From Dipteris shenzhenensis (lineage: Eukaryota): 64,000 nt of DNA. Within the stretch, counting starts at the first letter, position 1; each line of letters starts with the position of its first letter. The DNA is taken from the NCBI GenBank assembly GCA_047967505.1, contig CM106538.1; one strand, 5' to 3'. The position numbers and the translations under genes were made by a program. The notes under the pieces were generated by a model, which saw only the letters and a list, made by a program, of their open reading frames with translations, was not told the DNA's origin and searched no databases. Positions 60,330 through 64,000 of the stretch are shown one piece after another.

Positions 60330-63300
60330 CTTACTCAGTTTTTAAGAAGCTAGTGTCAACCATTTCTTTAAACAAACACACATAATGCCCTTGAAGAGAT
60401 ATGACTCTTTGAAAGAGGCGACTTGTTGTTTGAGCATCTATCTGTTGATTTGGATTGAAGCTAAGGTTGGGCAAATGGTCATCAATGGTGAGGGACACCT
60501 CCAGGATTACTACCACGGCTTCATTGTGTTTTGCACTTTCCTTGAGTGTTTTGTCATAATTGACTTGCATAATTGATGCAAGTTTGTCTAAGGCTCTGAT
60601 GAGTGTTTCCTAGCTTGTCCATTTGATTTTAAAGTTTCTATTGATTAACGGCCAATTGCGAGGAGCATCTGCACTATCTGGACCATGATGATTGGCATCC
60701 CACCGGTAGCAACAGGGTACCACATCAAATGTGGGATGCATGCAAAAGGAAGATGGAGCTTGTAAATACTCAAGGAGGTACTTTTTGTTGAGCAGCTTTA
60801 AGGAAGCTGTGGCTCCAATTTGTTGTTGATGTCTAGAGTGATTTGTGCTTGGCGGATACTCATTGAAATTTTGGAGAGGTCCCATCCTCCTCTTGGCTGC
60901 ATGTCTAGGTATTGCCTCCAAAAATCACCAATGGGATTACTAGGCATGGGAATCATATCTGTGTCTTGTTGCAACTCCCGTGTGGGTGTGTGATTTGGAT
61001 TATCCAATTCTTGAATGGAATCATTAATGGTGAGATCTGAGGAATATGTGGTCTTGGGGTAGAGGAAGAGGTTATAGGGGAAAAGCTTGAGGTCGAAGCA
61101 AGTAGCGAATTCGAGAAGGTAGAAGTAGGAAAAGTGGAGGGAGAGTAGGGCAAATGGATTTAGCAACTTCATAGTCCTTAAGGGATGGCTTGTCAAGTGT
61201 TGGAAAAAAATTAGGTGTAACTCGATGATAGGAGTTAGATTCTTGGATTAGGTGGTAGTGTTGAGAGGCATGGGCAAAGAGGCATGGAAAGGAATATGGG
61301 TTAGCTTGGATTTCTGGAAAGGTATGGAGAATAGTACTTGAGTTAGGGAGGGATGTGATGAGATCAGAATAGAGAGTGGCGAGATTAGGGAGATTAGATT
61401 GAAGGTAGACCACATATTCCTCTAGTAGATCTTTGTCGCTTTTGGTAGCCATTGTCAGCTTTAATGTAGGATTTTTTTGGGAGTTATATCTCATGGAAGT
61501 TGCTGGTGGTGATTGTTGCAATAAGGGTAGGAGACCGGCTACTACCCAAAGAGGGGGGCTTCCCATCAAGCATACGTATAGTAGTATTGCATCAGCCTTT
61601 AACCATATGATATTTGCATGCACTGAGAGAAACAACACATTCTTCTCGTCTTCATCCATCTACTAGCATAGATCTTAGAGATTCTTTGTGCTTACTGAGC
61701 TAGTCTAATCAAGACCAACTATTGCATGTAACATCTTGATTTCCACAGTATGTGTATTCTTCCTTCAAGGTGATCCTCTTGCTGAAGGACTATAACATGC
61801 TCTTGGTCTAATGTAGTGATGCCCTATAGCAAAAGATCTTGTGCTTACACCTCTGCATTGCCATCAACTTGACCTACTAGTTGAAGTTCCAATTTGGAAA
61901 TTATAGCCTTTTGATTTTGCCACTCTATGCACTTTTCTTTATATATACCCAGTGTTAAGGTGTATGCACTATTGAACTGTTGAGCTACTTTTGGATGCCC
62001 TGGCAATTGATCATTAAGCACGTGGAGTTGGAATATCTCTTGCTCTTCAACATCCAGTTCTGCTTTGGTGTTTATAAGTATCTCCCTGGATGCCATGCAT
62101 TCCTTCTCTAGTGCTTGAATTTGATGTTTACCTTCTTTGAGGCTGTTTTGCAACTCATTGTTTATGTCTATTGTGGCATGGATTTGATCCTCTTTAAGTA
62201 GTAATCTTTCATTTAAGTGCACCATTTCCTTGTTGAGATCATCACCACAAGTAGCTTGCATTTGGCAGAGGGATAAATCAACCTCTTCTTTTCTATTCAA
62301 GGCATCAAATAGTTGTAGGTGTTTTTCTTGGAGAGAAACCGTGGCTTGTAGGGCATCCTTTCTTAGGGCATCCTTTCTACTTTTTGCTCGAGCATTTTGT
62401 GCAAGGAGCTGTTGCTGCATTTGTTATGCCATGCTTTCCTTGAGCTTATGAATTTCAGTCTTGGCACTTTGCAACTTGGTTTGGAGTGATGGTAGCATCT
62501 ACCTTTCCATTTCTCTTTCTTACTCATCTAACGCCATGGTAGTAATTAATTGTGACCATTGTTGTAACTATTGACTGTGATAATGTATGATCTAGAATGT
62601 GCTATGGCCTTTCTTGTATTGGACATATAGTTGAATCCCATGTGCCCATGTGGAATTTTGATATATTCCTTGAACAACGGTCTATTGTATGTTGCCACTA
62701 GAGACATTTGGGGGTTGTGACTCTAGAGTCGTGGAGTTGTCAATGTTGGTGACTTGTGATTCTTGAAGAGTCATGCTATTTGGCTCACTTGCAAGGTCAT
62801 TATGTGGCATTGTCTCCTCTTGGATTTCCACACTCGAGTCCTTTTGTTGCGGTAGCAATACTGAACTAAGTTGCAGGATTCTTCAGCAAAGTTTCACATT
62901 GTCATCCTCTGGAATTTGTTCAAATTGCCACAAATCCATGTTCTCTGCATTGAGAGTAGGTGGTGGCTCTAATTCCCATTCTTGTGATAATATCAATGTT
63001 TCAAAGTCCTCTATATCTTGTGTTGAGAGAGGTGTAGAGTCTTCCTCTTGCTCTATTGCAAACCCAATTATAATGGCCAAAAGATGGCCAATGTAGCTTT
63101 TGCCATTATGTGTAGTGGATACATAATTGGTTAGCAGCAAGGATATGTGTTGAGCCCAGTCTTGTAGTTTTGCTCCATAAAGGAGTGTAAGAGTTTTTAC
63201 TGACATATATTTTTTTCTCACTCCTTTATGATTGAAAATGTCAGCCAAAAACTTACCTGCCTCTTTGCATATGGGATCCAAAATCATATCATGGCGTATT

Positions 63301-63400
63301 CCCCGGCTTTGTGACTTTGTGTTAGGTGGGAATTTCCTGAATCTCAGAGAATCTCAAACAACACATAACGTTCAGTATTGTAAATCCTTCAAATCTAACA
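60330..63400 (-). pseudogene. Disrupted ORFs (one coiled-coil), probably accessory ORFs of a Gypsy-type element
   Basis: Co-oriented fragments at 62883-63287, 61845-62420 (heptad-rich), 61072-61452 and 60331-60921 separated by stops. No diagnostic domain recognised. Confidence 0.4.
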
Positions 63401-64000
63401 CTGGCAAAAAATAACTCTAACATGGAACAAGTGGTAGAATGATTTCAGGTCGATGGTATACTTTGGAGATGGTATCTCTATGCTGACGGTATGCCAATAT
63501 GTAAGGCAACCCATGCACATATACTTTCAATAAATTACGCTCTTCACTCTTATGCTCCAATGAAATGCAAAAGATGTGCGTAAGCGATAAGATGGCAGAA
63601 AGCACAACGATCCAAGACAATAGATGTGCAAAGTGAAAAAGGTGCTCCAATGAAATGCAAAAGACGTGTGTAGGCAAAAAGATAACAGAAAACAAATATC
63701 ATTTCGCTAAGTTGTTGAAAGAGTCATGTATGAGCAACTTACGAGCCCTTGTAGTTTTGGTGCTTGCATTCTCTTTATCAATGAGCTCCACATCTCAAAA
63801 ATTCCACTAACTTGTTTCCAATAAATGTAGCCTCGATTTTTTGATCTACAAACTCTAGCCAAGTGCCATTACCGTGAGCTCTATAAGGCAGCTCATAATG
63901 CTATTTGTGCTCTACGGCTTGCTCCAAATTCTAATTGCTAGTACTGTTGCCAAACTATCAGGTGAATCAAAACATAAGGTGCATATCACATAGCAACCAA

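Overview
This is plant nuclear DNA, not prokaryotic. The PPR style suggests a seed-free vascular plant such as a lycophyte or fern (inference). Only two intact-looking host genes are present: a PLS-class PPR protein (320-3448, minus), with ~117-aa triplets and a decayed E+/DYW tail behind its stop, and an intronless DREB-type AP2/ERF gene (49988-50722, minus), flanked on both sides by G-box/ABRE clusters. The rest is nested transposon sequence. Retroelements: a full-length Copia (TSD CCAGG) inserted in a LINE endonuclease, a Copia with a ~4 kb internal inversion (TSD CTCAA), a young gag-only LTR element beside a perfect palindrome, two Gypsy pol fragments (one with a chromodomain and a duplicated PBS) and a short-LTR element with telomere-like repeats. 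DNA-transposon relics include Harbinger-like and P-element-like fragments. The most striking feature is a decayed, intron-containing RAG1/Transib-like DDE transposase (14036-16753, minus). It keeps the RAG1 catalytic and zinc-ligand motifs with near-identical spacing, faces a convergent spliced partner ORF and lies near CACAAT(G/A)-type terminal motifs. A second, divergent copy lies at ~28.6-29.1 kb. All translations and alignments were done by eye, so coordinates of degenerate elements are approximate.
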